64,000 nucleotides of DNA from a virus, in IMG/VR virus record IMGVR_UViG_3300032261_000561; one strand, 5' to 3'. Under the pieces are notes generated by a model. The model was not told the origin of the DNA. It saw only the letters and a program-made list of their open reading frames with translations, and ran no database searches. A program made the position numbers and the translations under genes. The first letter of the stretch is position 1; every line of letters begins with the position of its first letter. Below, piece after piece: positions 8,604 through 17,900 of the stretch.

Positions 8604-9839
8604 CTACGTCTTGATCAGGTAGTTGAGGACGATGGTCGGCTGGACAACATTGTGCGTTCCACCGCCGCCCGCGTAGATCGCCTGGTACTGGCCGTTGAAG
8701 TTAGAGCCACCAGCGAGACCCGACGCTGATATAAACCCATTCAAAAAGGAACTGTGGTGGTGCGACGGCATCTCTCCGTATGACAAGGTGTGAACTTGTT
8801 CGCCGCCAGCAGCGCCGAGGGTGGCACCTGCTGCGCCAAAAGGTGAACCGCCCACCCATAGCTGAAATTCTGTCGCCGCCACATAGTTGGTACCGGGAGG
8901 GGTGACTTGGAGGTAGCGCCAGGTTTGGGCAACCGGCAACCGGACCAGACCGTTGGTGGAGCCGGTTTGGCCGTAGCCCGGAAGGGTCATCACGGTCGTC
9001 CAGGCGGTGCCGTTGTTGCTGCCTTGTAGCAAAAAGCTGTCGAGGTATTGCGGTCCGAAACCGCCAGGGATATTGGTCAGGTAATCCCAGCCCAGGACAA
9101 CGGAGTCGATGTATTGCGACGAGCCGAGGTCGGCGCGGATGTAGCTACCCGCCGCCGAAGTGGTGGCAGCTTGCTTGACGGTCGCACCGGAGGCGCTACC
9201 ATCGTTCATTCCGGCATAGTTGGCCGCTGTCGTCCCTGGATACACCGATGATTGCGAGTAGACCGCGTTGGTGGCTTGTATTCCCTGAGTCAGTCGGGAC
9301 GCGGCGGTGCCGCCCATGTTGTCTTTGCCCGCCACTGCGCGCCCCCGCATGTCAGGGACGTTGAAGGTGGTGTTGCCGTCGCCGTAACCGTGCGGCGAGT
9401 AAACCAGAGAATGGGTGCCGCTCTGGCTGCCCGAAGTGGCGATTGTGACACCGGACACCGCGTTGGCGAAACTGGTCGCGATGCTGAACGTGTTGGCGTC
9501 GATGTAGATGACGTAATACGTTGTGCCAGCTGTGATTCCGGTAGGCAATGCCCCTGTGGTGCTGAAGATAACCGGATCGCCTGTAACCAAACCATGACCG
9601 GTGAGAGTGACCACAGCCGGGGTAGCAATCGTGATGATGGGGTTACCCAGCGTCGGGTTGAGCGTGGTGAACAGGTTGGCGTAGGTGATCCGCGAGACCG
9701 CCTGCCCGTAGCACAGCAGCCAGCCAGCGGGCACCACCAATGATGATCCGGCGAACGGCATCACGGCTCCGGTGAAGATCCCCACCGTCATGGCGTCGGC
9801 GGGCCGAGAAGGAGCGGTGCCTAGTTGTGGTTGTGCCAT
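8604..9839 (-). CDS. Tail-collar-domain fibre protein with inserted discoidin (F5/8 type C)-like domain
   Basis: MPFAG...PAGWLLCYGQAVSR, GDGNTTFNVPDMRGR, HNVVQPTIVLNYLIK; insert YIRADLG...LQGSNNGTAWT...WRYLQV. Confidence 0.75.
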   Translation of the reverse strand: MAQPQLGTAPSRPADAMTVGIFTGAVMPFAGSSLVVPAGWLLCYGQAVSRITYANLFTTLNPTLGNPIITIATPAVVTLTGHGLVTGDPVIFSTTGALPTGITAGTTYYVIYIDANTFSIATSFANAVSGVTIATSGSQSGTHSLVYSPHGYGDGNTTFNVPDMRGRAVAGKDNMGGTAASRLTQGIQATNAVYSQSSVYPGTTAANYAGMNDGSASGATVKQAATTSAAGSYIRADLGSSQYIDSVVLGWDYLTNIPGGFGPQYLDSFLLQGSNNGTAWTTVMTLPGYGQTGSTNGLVRLPVAQTWRYLQVTPPGTNYVAATEFQLWVGGSPFGAAGATLGAAGGEQVHTLSYGEMPSHHHSSFLNGFISASGLAGGSNFNGQYQAIYAGGGGTHNVVQPTIVLNYLIKT

Positions 9840-9846
9840 CAGACTC

Positions 9847-11418
9847 CTACAGCGGGATCACGGCGATGCGGCGATACTGAAAGCTGGCGGTCCCACCGAA
9901 AACGGCGTATTTCATCTTGAAAGTCGTCGCACCCTGCGTTAAACCTGTTAAAAGAAACGGGGCCCCAAAACTGATTGGTACATTAACGCCCGTCGCCGCG
10001 TATTGGAGGGCCTGGTTAACAATTGCCGTCGCGGTGTTTGCACCCGACAACGCAAAACCACAATATGCATAGTCACCAGTGACGTTGTTAGTTAACATAG
10101 CATACAATAAAACCAGCGCCATCCCGCTCGCCCCGATATTGACGGTGACCTGATCGGTGGTTGTAGCCAAATCCGCAAAGGACCCTGACGTGGTGCTTTC
10201 CGAGGTCGCCACATATGCGCTCTGCGCGTTCTGTAGCGGTGTCATAGTCGCCAGGGCCGCTGCCGCACTCGCGGCAGTGAGTAAGTTCGACCCCGCCGTT
10301 GTCGCCCCAATTGCCGTCTGCGCTGCGCCCGTACTCGCCGCTGTGAGCAATGCTCTGCCGATACTGGTGGCGTCGGTGATCGCGGTGGAGGACAGGCCCG
10401 AGATGATGCCGCCCTGCACGACCACCACCAGGCTATTGAGCGCGGGTGCGGTCTGAAAGGTCAGGGTGAGGCTGTTCACCGAAGTCAGCACCCGGTCGGC
10501 GCTGCACATGGCGAAGGTGCTGGCGTTGTACAGGTTCACCGTCACCGCACGGGTGCCCAGGTTGTGGTTGATGGTGAACACCGTGGTCGAGCCATCCCCG
10601 ATGGTCTGGGTGTAGACCGAGGTGTTGGACGGCATTGCCCCACCCAGCACCACCACCGCGTAGGCGTTGGTCGCGGGTGCGGTGGCGAACGTCAGGGTGA
10701 CGTTGTTGAGATCGGTGAGGAACTTGTCGCAGTTGACGACCTCGTAGGTAGCGGCGTTATAGACCACTACGGTGACGTTGCGGGTGCCCAGATTGTGATT
10801 GATGGTGAACGTGGTCAGCGACCCGTTGCCGATGGTGGCGGTGTAGACCGCAGGCGACACGTATTGCCAGGACTGATCGCCGCGTAGGAAGCTGCCGCTG
10901 TTGGCTGCACCAGTGCCCAATTGGGCCGTGGGTACGACGCTGGTGGCACCCAACCCGGCGTAACCGTTGGCCGCACCCTTGTGGGAGAGCACCTCGATGC
11001 CCGCACCGGCCAGCGTATTAGCCCCCGTGCCGCCGCTGGCCACCGGGAGCAGACCGACGCAGTTGTTGGCCAGGTCCACCGACAGCGCATTCCAATAGGT
11101 GCCGTCGTTGACCACCATCAGCGATCCCCCGGCGGCGATGGTCATCGACACGATTGATGCACCCAGCCAGATATGGTCGGCCCCGACTGCGGTGAGCGTG
11201 ATGGCCGCCGACCCACGGTTCTCCAAGATGTGCATAACGCCGACGTTCCCGGCAACCGGCAGCAGTGACCACGTGGTCGGCGCGCTGCCGGTGAAGACAT
11301 AGCAAGAGTTCGCCGCCGTCAACGTCAGCGTGGCAGCCGAGCTGGTGACGACGGTCTCTGCGATCCAATCTCGTTGGACAGGGAGCGCCTGTTCTCGGAG
11401 GTTCAGTTTGCTGGTCAT
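9847..11418 (-). CDS. Tail fibre-like protein with a tandem internal repeat
   Basis: 523 aa; two copies of TIG(N/D)GS.T.FTINHNLGTR; LPVASGGTGA and KGAANGYAGL fibre motifs. Confidence 0.65.
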   Translation of the reverse strand: MTSKLNLREQALPVQRDWIAETVVTSSAATLTLTAANSCYVFTGSAPTTWSLLPVAGNVGVMHILENRGSAAITLTAVGADHIWLGASIVSMTIAAGGSLMVVNDGTYWNALSVDLANNCVGLLPVASGGTGANTLAGAGIEVLSHKGAANGYAGLGATSVVPTAQLGTGAANSGSFLRGDQSWQYVSPAVYTATIGNGSLTTFTINHNLGTRNVTVVVYNAATYEVVNCDKFLTDLNNVTLTFATAPATNAYAVVVLGGAMPSNTSVYTQTIGDGSTTVFTINHNLGTRAVTVNLYNASTFAMCSADRVLTSVNSLTLTFQTAPALNSLVVVVQGGIISGLSSTAITDATSIGRALLTAASTGAAQTAIGATTAGSNLLTAASAAAALATMTPLQNAQSAYVATSESTTSGSFADLATTTDQVTVNIGASGMALVLLYAMLTNNVTGDYAYCGFALSGANTATAIVNQALQYAATGVNVPISFGAPFLLTGLTQGATTFKMKYAVFGGTASFQYRRIAVIPL

Positions 11419-11421
11419 CTA

Positions 11422-12489
11422 TCACCGCCAGTAGTAAGCGCGGAGCTTGTCGGTGGCCGCTGGGGGTGCGGTCATTGTGATAGTGGTGCCGGAACGGCTG
11501 TAGTCGTCGGCGGGGTCGAGCAGCTGACCGTTCTGATAGAGCATCAGCGGGTTGGTGACGTTCGTGTTCGGGGTGTTGGCCAGCGTGAACGAGGTCAGGA
11601 CACCATTGGGTGTGCCACCCGGTGTCTCGTTGGCCACCCAGTTGGCCGGTGCCAGGTAGTCGGTTCCGGTCACGGCGGCGCTGATGGCGGTCGCGTTGCC
11701 TTTCAGCATCCCGGTGACGGTGGTGGTCAGCGTGACAATGGGCGTGGTCGCCGGGTTGGCGACAGTCCCAAAGAATCCGTTGGCGTTAGCAATTGACAGC
11801 GTGGTCACGGTACCGCCCGCCGAGATCAGCTTGCCCCACTGCATGTTGGTGGTGCCGTAGATGAACGGGGTGTCGGGGGTGGCGGGGTCGGTGACGATGG
11901 CACCCACGCTCTTGTTCGCCGTCCCGGCCTCGGCGTAACAGATCTTGCCCGCCGGGTGCACCGTGCCCGACAGCGGCGTGACGCTGGTGGAGTCGCGCAC
12001 CATGGTCAGGTTGGGACTCACCCCGGTCAGGGTGTAGGTTCCGTTGGCCGGTACGAGAGTGCCCGCACTGCTGACGTCGGGCACCCCGGCCCCGCTGGCA
12101 GCCGGTGCGTTCTTTACCAGGATGCGGTCCCCCACGGTGAAACCCGACACGCCGTCGAGCGTGGTGCCGCTGATCTGGGTGACGTTGCCGCCGGAGATGG
12201 TGTAGGTCTCCGCCCCCGTGGTCATGGCCTGCACCGAGAGCAGCGGTGAAATCCCCATGAGCAGTGCCTGGACCTGGGCCAGGGTGACCGCGTCGTTGGG
12301 GCTGGTGCCTTGGGCGAGGTTGGTGGCCTTGTTTCCGCCGAAGCTCTGTGCCCCGGTGTAGGCGACGGTGCCGTCGGCGGCGATGACGGCCTTGATCAGC
12401 TTGCTCAGCGCAATGGCAGCCGACGGGGAGATCTGCCCGTCGGTGATGGTCCCCGACTGGATCTGCTCCACGCCATTGATCTGAGCCAT
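11422..12489 (-). CDS. Tail fibre/minor tail protein
   Basis: 355 aa; NLAQGTSPNDAVT and TLDGV...GDRILVKN fibre motifs. Confidence 0.6.
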   Translation of the reverse strand: MAQINGVEQIQSGTITDGQISPSAAIALSKLIKAVIAADGTVAYTGAQSFGGNKATNLAQGTSPNDAVTLAQVQALLMGISPLLSVQAMTTGAETYTISGGNVTQISGTTLDGVSGFTVGDRILVKNAPAASGAGVPDVSSAGTLVPANGTYTLTGVSPNLTMVRDSTSVTPLSGTVHPAGKICYAEAGTANKSVGAIVTDPATPDTPFIYGTTNMQWGKLISAGGTVTTLSIANANGFFGTVANPATTPIVTLTTTVTGMLKGNATAISAAVTGTDYLAPANWVANETPGGTPNGVLTSFTLANTPNTNVTNPLMLYQNGQLLDPADDYSRSGTTITMTAPPAATDKLRAYYWR

Positions 12490-12499
12490 GACTGAATCC

Positions 12500-12646
12500 C
12501 TATGTCGCCATGAAGAACTGACTAAGCCGGGACCGGGAAGGTGTTGCCGCCGCCCGAGACGGCGGGCGTGGCTTCCACAGCACGGCTTGCGCCGGGTTGA
12601 CCGGCGGTCGGCCCGGTGGCAGCACGGGATAGATCGGCTGGGTCAT
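12500..12646 (-). CDS. 48-aa Pro/Arg-rich small protein
   Basis: MTQPIYPVLPPGRPP...FFMAT; ATG abuts the upstream stop and the ORF fills the gap. Confidence 0.5.
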   Translation of the reverse strand: MTQPIYPVLPPGRPPVNPAQAVLWKPRPPSRAAATPSRSRLSQFFMAT

Positions 12647-13240
12647 CTAGTTCAGTCCGTAAACCTCAAGCTGCTGCAGCTGCACCGCGTTGGCGGCGTT
12701 CGACGCCGAGCAGGCGAAGTTGACATTGACGAAGTTGTCGATTGACCAGTCGAGGTTGGCGATCAGACCCGGCGATGCGGCTCCGGCGTAGAGCGGATAG
12801 AAGTACGGTGCCGCCAGACCACCGCACAGGATGCGACCGATGCCGCGCAGCGAGGAGTTTGCCCCGGCGGGTCCGATGGCGGTCATGAAAAACTCACCGA
12901 CGATCTCGAACATCTGGCTGGCCGCATTCGAGATGGTGGTCAATCCCACCGAACTGCCCAGCACTATCGGCCCCGTCGTGGCCTGCGAGGCACCCAACCG
13001 AATGGTCGGAGTGAATGTCGGGGTGCCGGTGGAACTCAGGATGCCTCGCGCAATGACGCCGACACCTTTGCCGACCGACTGCGCGTTGTTGGGCTGCCAG
13101 TATTTGGCGGGCACCACCGCTTGCACACCCATGGTGGCGGTGTCGTTGATGGTGACTTCCGACGTGAACGTGTTCTTGTTCACGCCCACCAAGACATTGG
13201 AGTAGAGCAGCTCCTTGACGGTTCCGGTGTAAAACGACAT
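12647..13240 (-). CDS. Minor tail protein (beta-rich)
   Basis: 197 aa, AAGGAGAGG SD, within the fibre cluster. Confidence 0.6.
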   Translation of the reverse strand: MSFYTGTVKELLYSNVLVGVNKNTFTSEVTINDTATMGVQAVVPAKYWQPNNAQSVGKGVGVIARGILSSTGTPTFTPTIRLGASQATTGPIVLGSSVGLTTISNAASQMFEIVGEFFMTAIGPAGANSSLRGIGRILCGGLAAPYFYPLYAGAASPGLIANLDWSIDNFVNVNFACSASNAANAVQLQQLEVYGLN

Positions 13241-13255
13241 GTCCTCTCCTTCGTG

Positions 13256-14119
13256 CTAGACGTATCCGACGGTGTCCACAGCGGCCAGTGCCCATATCGA
13301 GTAGTCGGCGTCGTAGACGAATTGCATGGTCATCTTCTGTCCAGTTGGCGTGACACCGGGCAACCCGCCGATGACACCGAACGGGACGAATTTGGTGGTG
13401 TCCCAGATCAGTGGTTGGCTGGCACCGTTGTCGGTGACGCACACCGTGATCTGGTCGCGGTCGGCGGGGGTGCCACCGGAGGCGGTGATGGACATCGACT
13501 GCGCCAGGCCGGTCACCTTGCACACGTCGAAGGTGTTGGTGTTCAGCGTCAGTGTGGCCGGGTTGACGACTGTGGTGACCCGCTTCTTCTGCAGCGGCTG
13601 GGTGAAGGGCAGTGCGGTGGTGCCCAGCACCGGCGAGCCGGTGGCGGTGCAGACCCACAGTGTCGCCGCGAAGACCGAGCCGCCACCGCCGACGACCACC
13701 AACGAGCCGGGGAAGTCGGCGGCACTGTTCATCGCTGGGACCCGAGTCAGGATGGTGGCCACGCCGGTCGACCCGGCGGTGGTGACCTGGAACAGCCCGT
13801 TCTGCGCCGGTGCCGCCTGGGAGACCAGCAGCACGGTGTCGAACGCCGCCAAGGTATAACCGTCGATGACGGTGGCCCCGGTGGCGGTGAAGGTGAAGGT
13901 GGCCCCGACCCCGACCCCGCTGCCCCCAGGCTGGTTGTAGGTCCCGGTCTGTGCGGTGGTGGCCACCACGGTGGCCACCCCTTTGCCGGGGAGAGCGTTG
14001 ACCGCGTTCTCGACGTTGTTCTGGTCGGTTCCGTTGTACTGGAACTGGCCGCCACCCAGACTGGTCCCATGTCCGTTGGGGCCACCGCCGGTGGCGTTCC
14101 AGTTGGCAGGTAGTCGCAT
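13256..14119 (-). CDS. Tail fibre/minor tail protein
   Basis: 287 aa; IDGYTL...VLLVSQAAPAQNGLFQVT module similar to 11422..12489. Confidence 0.6.
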   Translation of the reverse strand: MRLPANWNATGGGPNGHGTSLGGGQFQYNGTDQNNVENAVNALPGKGVATVVATTAQTGTYNQPGGSGVGVGATFTFTATGATVIDGYTLAAFDTVLLVSQAAPAQNGLFQVTTAGSTGVATILTRVPAMNSAADFPGSLVVVGGGGSVFAATLWVCTATGSPVLGTTALPFTQPLQKKRVTTVVNPATLTLNTNTFDVCKVTGLAQSMSITASGGTPADRDQITVCVTDNGASQPLIWDTTKFVPFGVIGGLPGVTPTGQKMTMQFVYDADYSIWALAAVDTVGYV

Positions 14120-14130
14120 CGGCTTCTCTT

Positions 14131-14973
14131 CTACGCGGGGGGGACGGTGGTGATCGGGGGCGGCGCCTGCAAACCTTCGGACAGCGGCGTAACTGCAGTT
14201 ATCGGTACCGGCTGCGGCGGCATCGGGGGTAGCGCCACGTTCGGTGATGCCCCAAAATGTTCGGTCCGCAACTCTTCGGGTGCAGGCATGGAAACTAGCG
14301 CGACTGCGGTGATAGTGTTGGTGACCTCCGAGGTCGCGGTGATGCCGGGGTACTGGGTGTTCACCGTAACGGTGGCCCTGTACTCGTGCCCTTCGATGAG
14401 ACCGGAAATGGTCATGGTCACGTTCCCGCTGGCGTCCACGCTCGGAGTGGGGGTGCTCCCGGTAGTGGTGTTGGCGGTGACGTCGGTCAGGTTGACGACG
14501 TAGGTGAACGGCCCGTTGGGGCTGGTGGGCTGAAGGAAACTCAGCGCGGCGGTCAGGCCCGACTCCGCAGTCAAATTCGGCACAGGAGTCCAGACGAGTG
14601 GGGTGATAGCGGTGAACATGTCCACGAAATCAACCGCAGTGCCAGGCAATCCCGCCGACACGCCGTAAATGTATGCGCGGCTTACACTTTGGACCTGCCA
14701 GCCATCGATGTCGCTGTAGCCCACGTCGGTCGCCATGATCCAGTCACCCTGATAGGCGAACTGATCGGCATCGTTGGCACGGGACAGCTTGATACGCCAG
14801 CCGCCAGGGTATTGCGGGCCAGTAAGGCTCTCGGTCTGATACCCAGCAATAGCCATGAGTTCCGCGAGCAGTGCCGCGATCAGCCCTGCGGTCTGACCAT
14901 TCGGTCCCAGTGCCACCTGGATGGCCTGACTAGCCTGGGGGACGATCCGCGTGACCGGCAAAACTGCTGACAT
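14131..14973 (-). CDS. Virion protein with FN3/Ig-like C-terminal half
   Basis: 280 aa; TISGLIEGHEYRATVTV; AGGAG SD. Confidence 0.5.
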   Translation of the reverse strand: MSAVLPVTRIVPQASQAIQVALGPNGQTAGLIAALLAELMAIAGYQTESLTGPQYPGGWRIKLSRANDADQFAYQGDWIMATDVGYSDIDGWQVQSVSRAYIYGVSAGLPGTAVDFVDMFTAITPLVWTPVPNLTAESGLTAALSFLQPTSPNGPFTYVVNLTDVTANTTTGSTPTPSVDASGNVTMTISGLIEGHEYRATVTVNTQYPGITATSEVTNTITAVALVSMPAPEELRTEHFGASPNVALPPMPPQPVPITAVTPLSEGLQAPPPITTVPPA

Positions 14974-14981
14974 GATTTCTC

Positions 14982-17900
14982 CTAAAGCGGTAAAACGGTA
15001 AGGGCGCGATTATAAAAAGTGCAAGAACCACCACTGACTTGGTACTTGGCCTTAAATATAGTCGCGCCTTGATTAAGATTCGGGATCAAGAACGTGTTTC
15101 CGGCCAATATCCAGGACCCAACCGTAGGTACATTATGGCCGATTGCATAGTTGTTTGGAGTATCTTGCGCTGCAAGAGTATTGGCACCTGATAAAGCCAC
15201 GCCCATCATGCCCCATTGCCCAGCGGTCTGAGGATAAATTAAAGCCCCAAGCGTAACTACAACCATCCCGCTTGGGCCGACATTCACAGTCACAGTATCG
15301 GTGGTGGTAGCCAAATCAGCCCACGATGTAGAACTGGTGTTTTCGCCAGCAGGCACCTGTGCTGAAATGGGGCCTGCAACAGCAGCATCATAAAATGCCC
15401 ACGAGGTCATCGAGCCGGGGAGCTGGCGGCTGATCGGCGTGATCCAGGCCGCACCAGGCGCACCGCCACCGGCATACTGCCAGCCATTGATGCCGTAATA
15501 CCAATATATCCAGTGGTTGTGGGGGCCGTCGTAGTAGTCAGCACCGTCAGTTTGGGCAGTGCCGCTATAACAGCCTGTTCCCCCACCGCCCCAATTGTTT
15601 CCCGCCCCGCCATTGTAATCTGGTGCCGCGCCGTTGGTCGCACCCCAGCCCGAAGCCGCCGGGCCACCGGAAAATAAATCACCGTTGATATACGCACTGC
15701 CTGCGGCACCGCCCGTTGGTGAGCCGCCATTAGCCGCTCCCCCGCCGCCGCCATACGAATATATTTGTTGAGTTCCGCTGGGAGAAGGCCATTGAATATA
15801 GGCAACATCACCAGCAGCACCGGGATACGCTGCGTTGCTAGCGGTATCCGTTATCACACCAGTATTGCCGCCATAAAAATAGAATTCTTCATGCTGCACG
15901 ACATAGTAAATGCTTTGACCAACGCCCCCACCACCTCCGGCATAGTAGGTAAACGCTTGGCCTACAGCGGGGCCAATGGACGATCCAATGGTGACCAATC
16001 CTGTAGAAATCTGCCCTCCCGCGCCGCCATTGCCCCAGGTTCCGACACCACCACCACCACCACCGCCAGCGGCAATAGCGACCACCTCGTACTGATCGCC
16101 GGTCACCATCCCAGCAGGCGGTGTGAAGGTTCCGCTGGTGGCACCTCCCCAGCCGGATGTTCCCAAAGACGTTCCGCCGGTGCCGAATCCACCGTATCGG
16201 TAATTCGCGCCGATCTGGCCGACGTTACTGCCGTCGGTCACCTGTTGATTCAGACCATTCGGGCCGGTCAACACCAGCGTCCGCCCGACAGCCTCAAAGT
16301 TGTAGGCGTAGTTGGCAACCAGCGCACCCGATCCAGGCAGGCCGAACGCACTACCTAGTGGAGTGTTCACCCCACCCACCACCACACCGATCCGGCAGTT
16401 GTTGGTGCTGGTGTTGGACTGGATGATCGCGTAGTGATATGAGGTCATCGTGGCGTTTGACCGCAGTATCAACATCTTTGGATAGTTGTCCGCGACATTC
16501 CAGATACCGCTCACGGTTTGGGTGTCCGTCGATGCCTGCTGCGCGGTGTTGAGCGCACAGTTATAGACGAGTCCCGCACCGGGAGCGAGTGGAGTCACCC
16601 ATCCACTGGGTAGAGTGCCCGTGAACGTCTGCTGGAACGACAATCCCGCGTTGCCGCCGCCGTAGAAGTGCGGCAGCTGTGACTGGATGCTCGCTGTCAG
16701 CGCCGCCAGCTGTAGCTGCTGGTTGGCCGCTGCTGCTGCTGCCGCATTGACCTGCGGGGTGGCCGCGCTGGGCAGAGTGGTGCCCTGCCAGTTGTTCACC
16801 AGACCCGTCAGGTGGCCGGTGAAGGACGAAGCGAGCTGCGCCAGGGGTGCCCCGATAACCGGGATGCCGTTTAATGCGGTGACCAGCGCATCGACGCTGC
16901 CCTGCGACACCGCGTTGGCGATCGCGGTCTGAACGTTGGTGTTCTGGACGAAGCTGCCCAGCGCCTGTGCGCTCTCCTGCTGTGCGTACTCCAACACAGC
17001 GGCGAGGTCGGTGGTGGCACTGGTGGCCACCTCGTGCGCGGCCTGGATGCCCGACGACATCTCGGCGGTGATGTCAGGCAGAACCTCTGCGGGGATGACG
17101 CTGCCCAGGCTGCCACCGGGTTGCTGGTTGAGCGCCGAGACCAGCTGCTGGACAGAGTTGCCGGTGTTGGTGGTGCCGGTGTACTGCTGCACCACGGTGT
17201 CGAGCACCTGCTGGGCGAGATGTTCACCGTTGGAGATCTGGGTGCCGACCTGGCCCATGGTGTTGGTCTGATTGCCGAACCCCAGCGGGAAGTTCCACGG
17301 GAAACTCGATCCACCCGCACCCAAGGCGTTGTCGATGAAGCTGGTGATCTGGGATTGGACGGGACCGAGGAGGGGAATGCTGTTGACCCCCGGCAACACC
17401 GGGACTCCGGTGCCCAGGCCGGTGGGACTGCCCATCAGGCCCGTCAGGTCGGTGAACCAGGTGGCCATCCCCGACAGCCCGCCCCCGCCGGTGGTCGTCG
17501 ACCCGGTGATGGACTGCATGAGGGAATCCACGGTGGCGTAAGGCATCCCGCCCCCGGTGGTGCCGACCTGGTACATCGCATGCACGGTGTCACCGACGCC
17601 GGGAGCGTTGGCTAACGTGACGGCTGCGCCCGACGTGGTGTAGTCGGTGCCGTAACGCTGCAGCAGCCCGTTGACGAAGACCTGCAGCGTGCCGCTGGTG
17701 GCCGTCTGGGTCAGGTTGAACAGGGTGTTGACACCGTTGATAACTCCGGTGGGAATCTCGGAGAAGAACCTGACCGAGATGTTGTTGATGAGAGCGATCA
17801 AAGAAGATACCGGGTTATTGGTGCCACCGACCGTGCCGTCGATGAGCTGCTGCAGCGGAGTGAAGGTGCCGCTGGATGTCATGTTGGTTAGGTATCCGGA

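Noticed and set aside
7778-16100. Diversity-generating retroelement acting on the similar fibre C-termini
   Set aside because: No reverse transcriptase in the window; the copies are both coding and differ at all base types, not only at adenines
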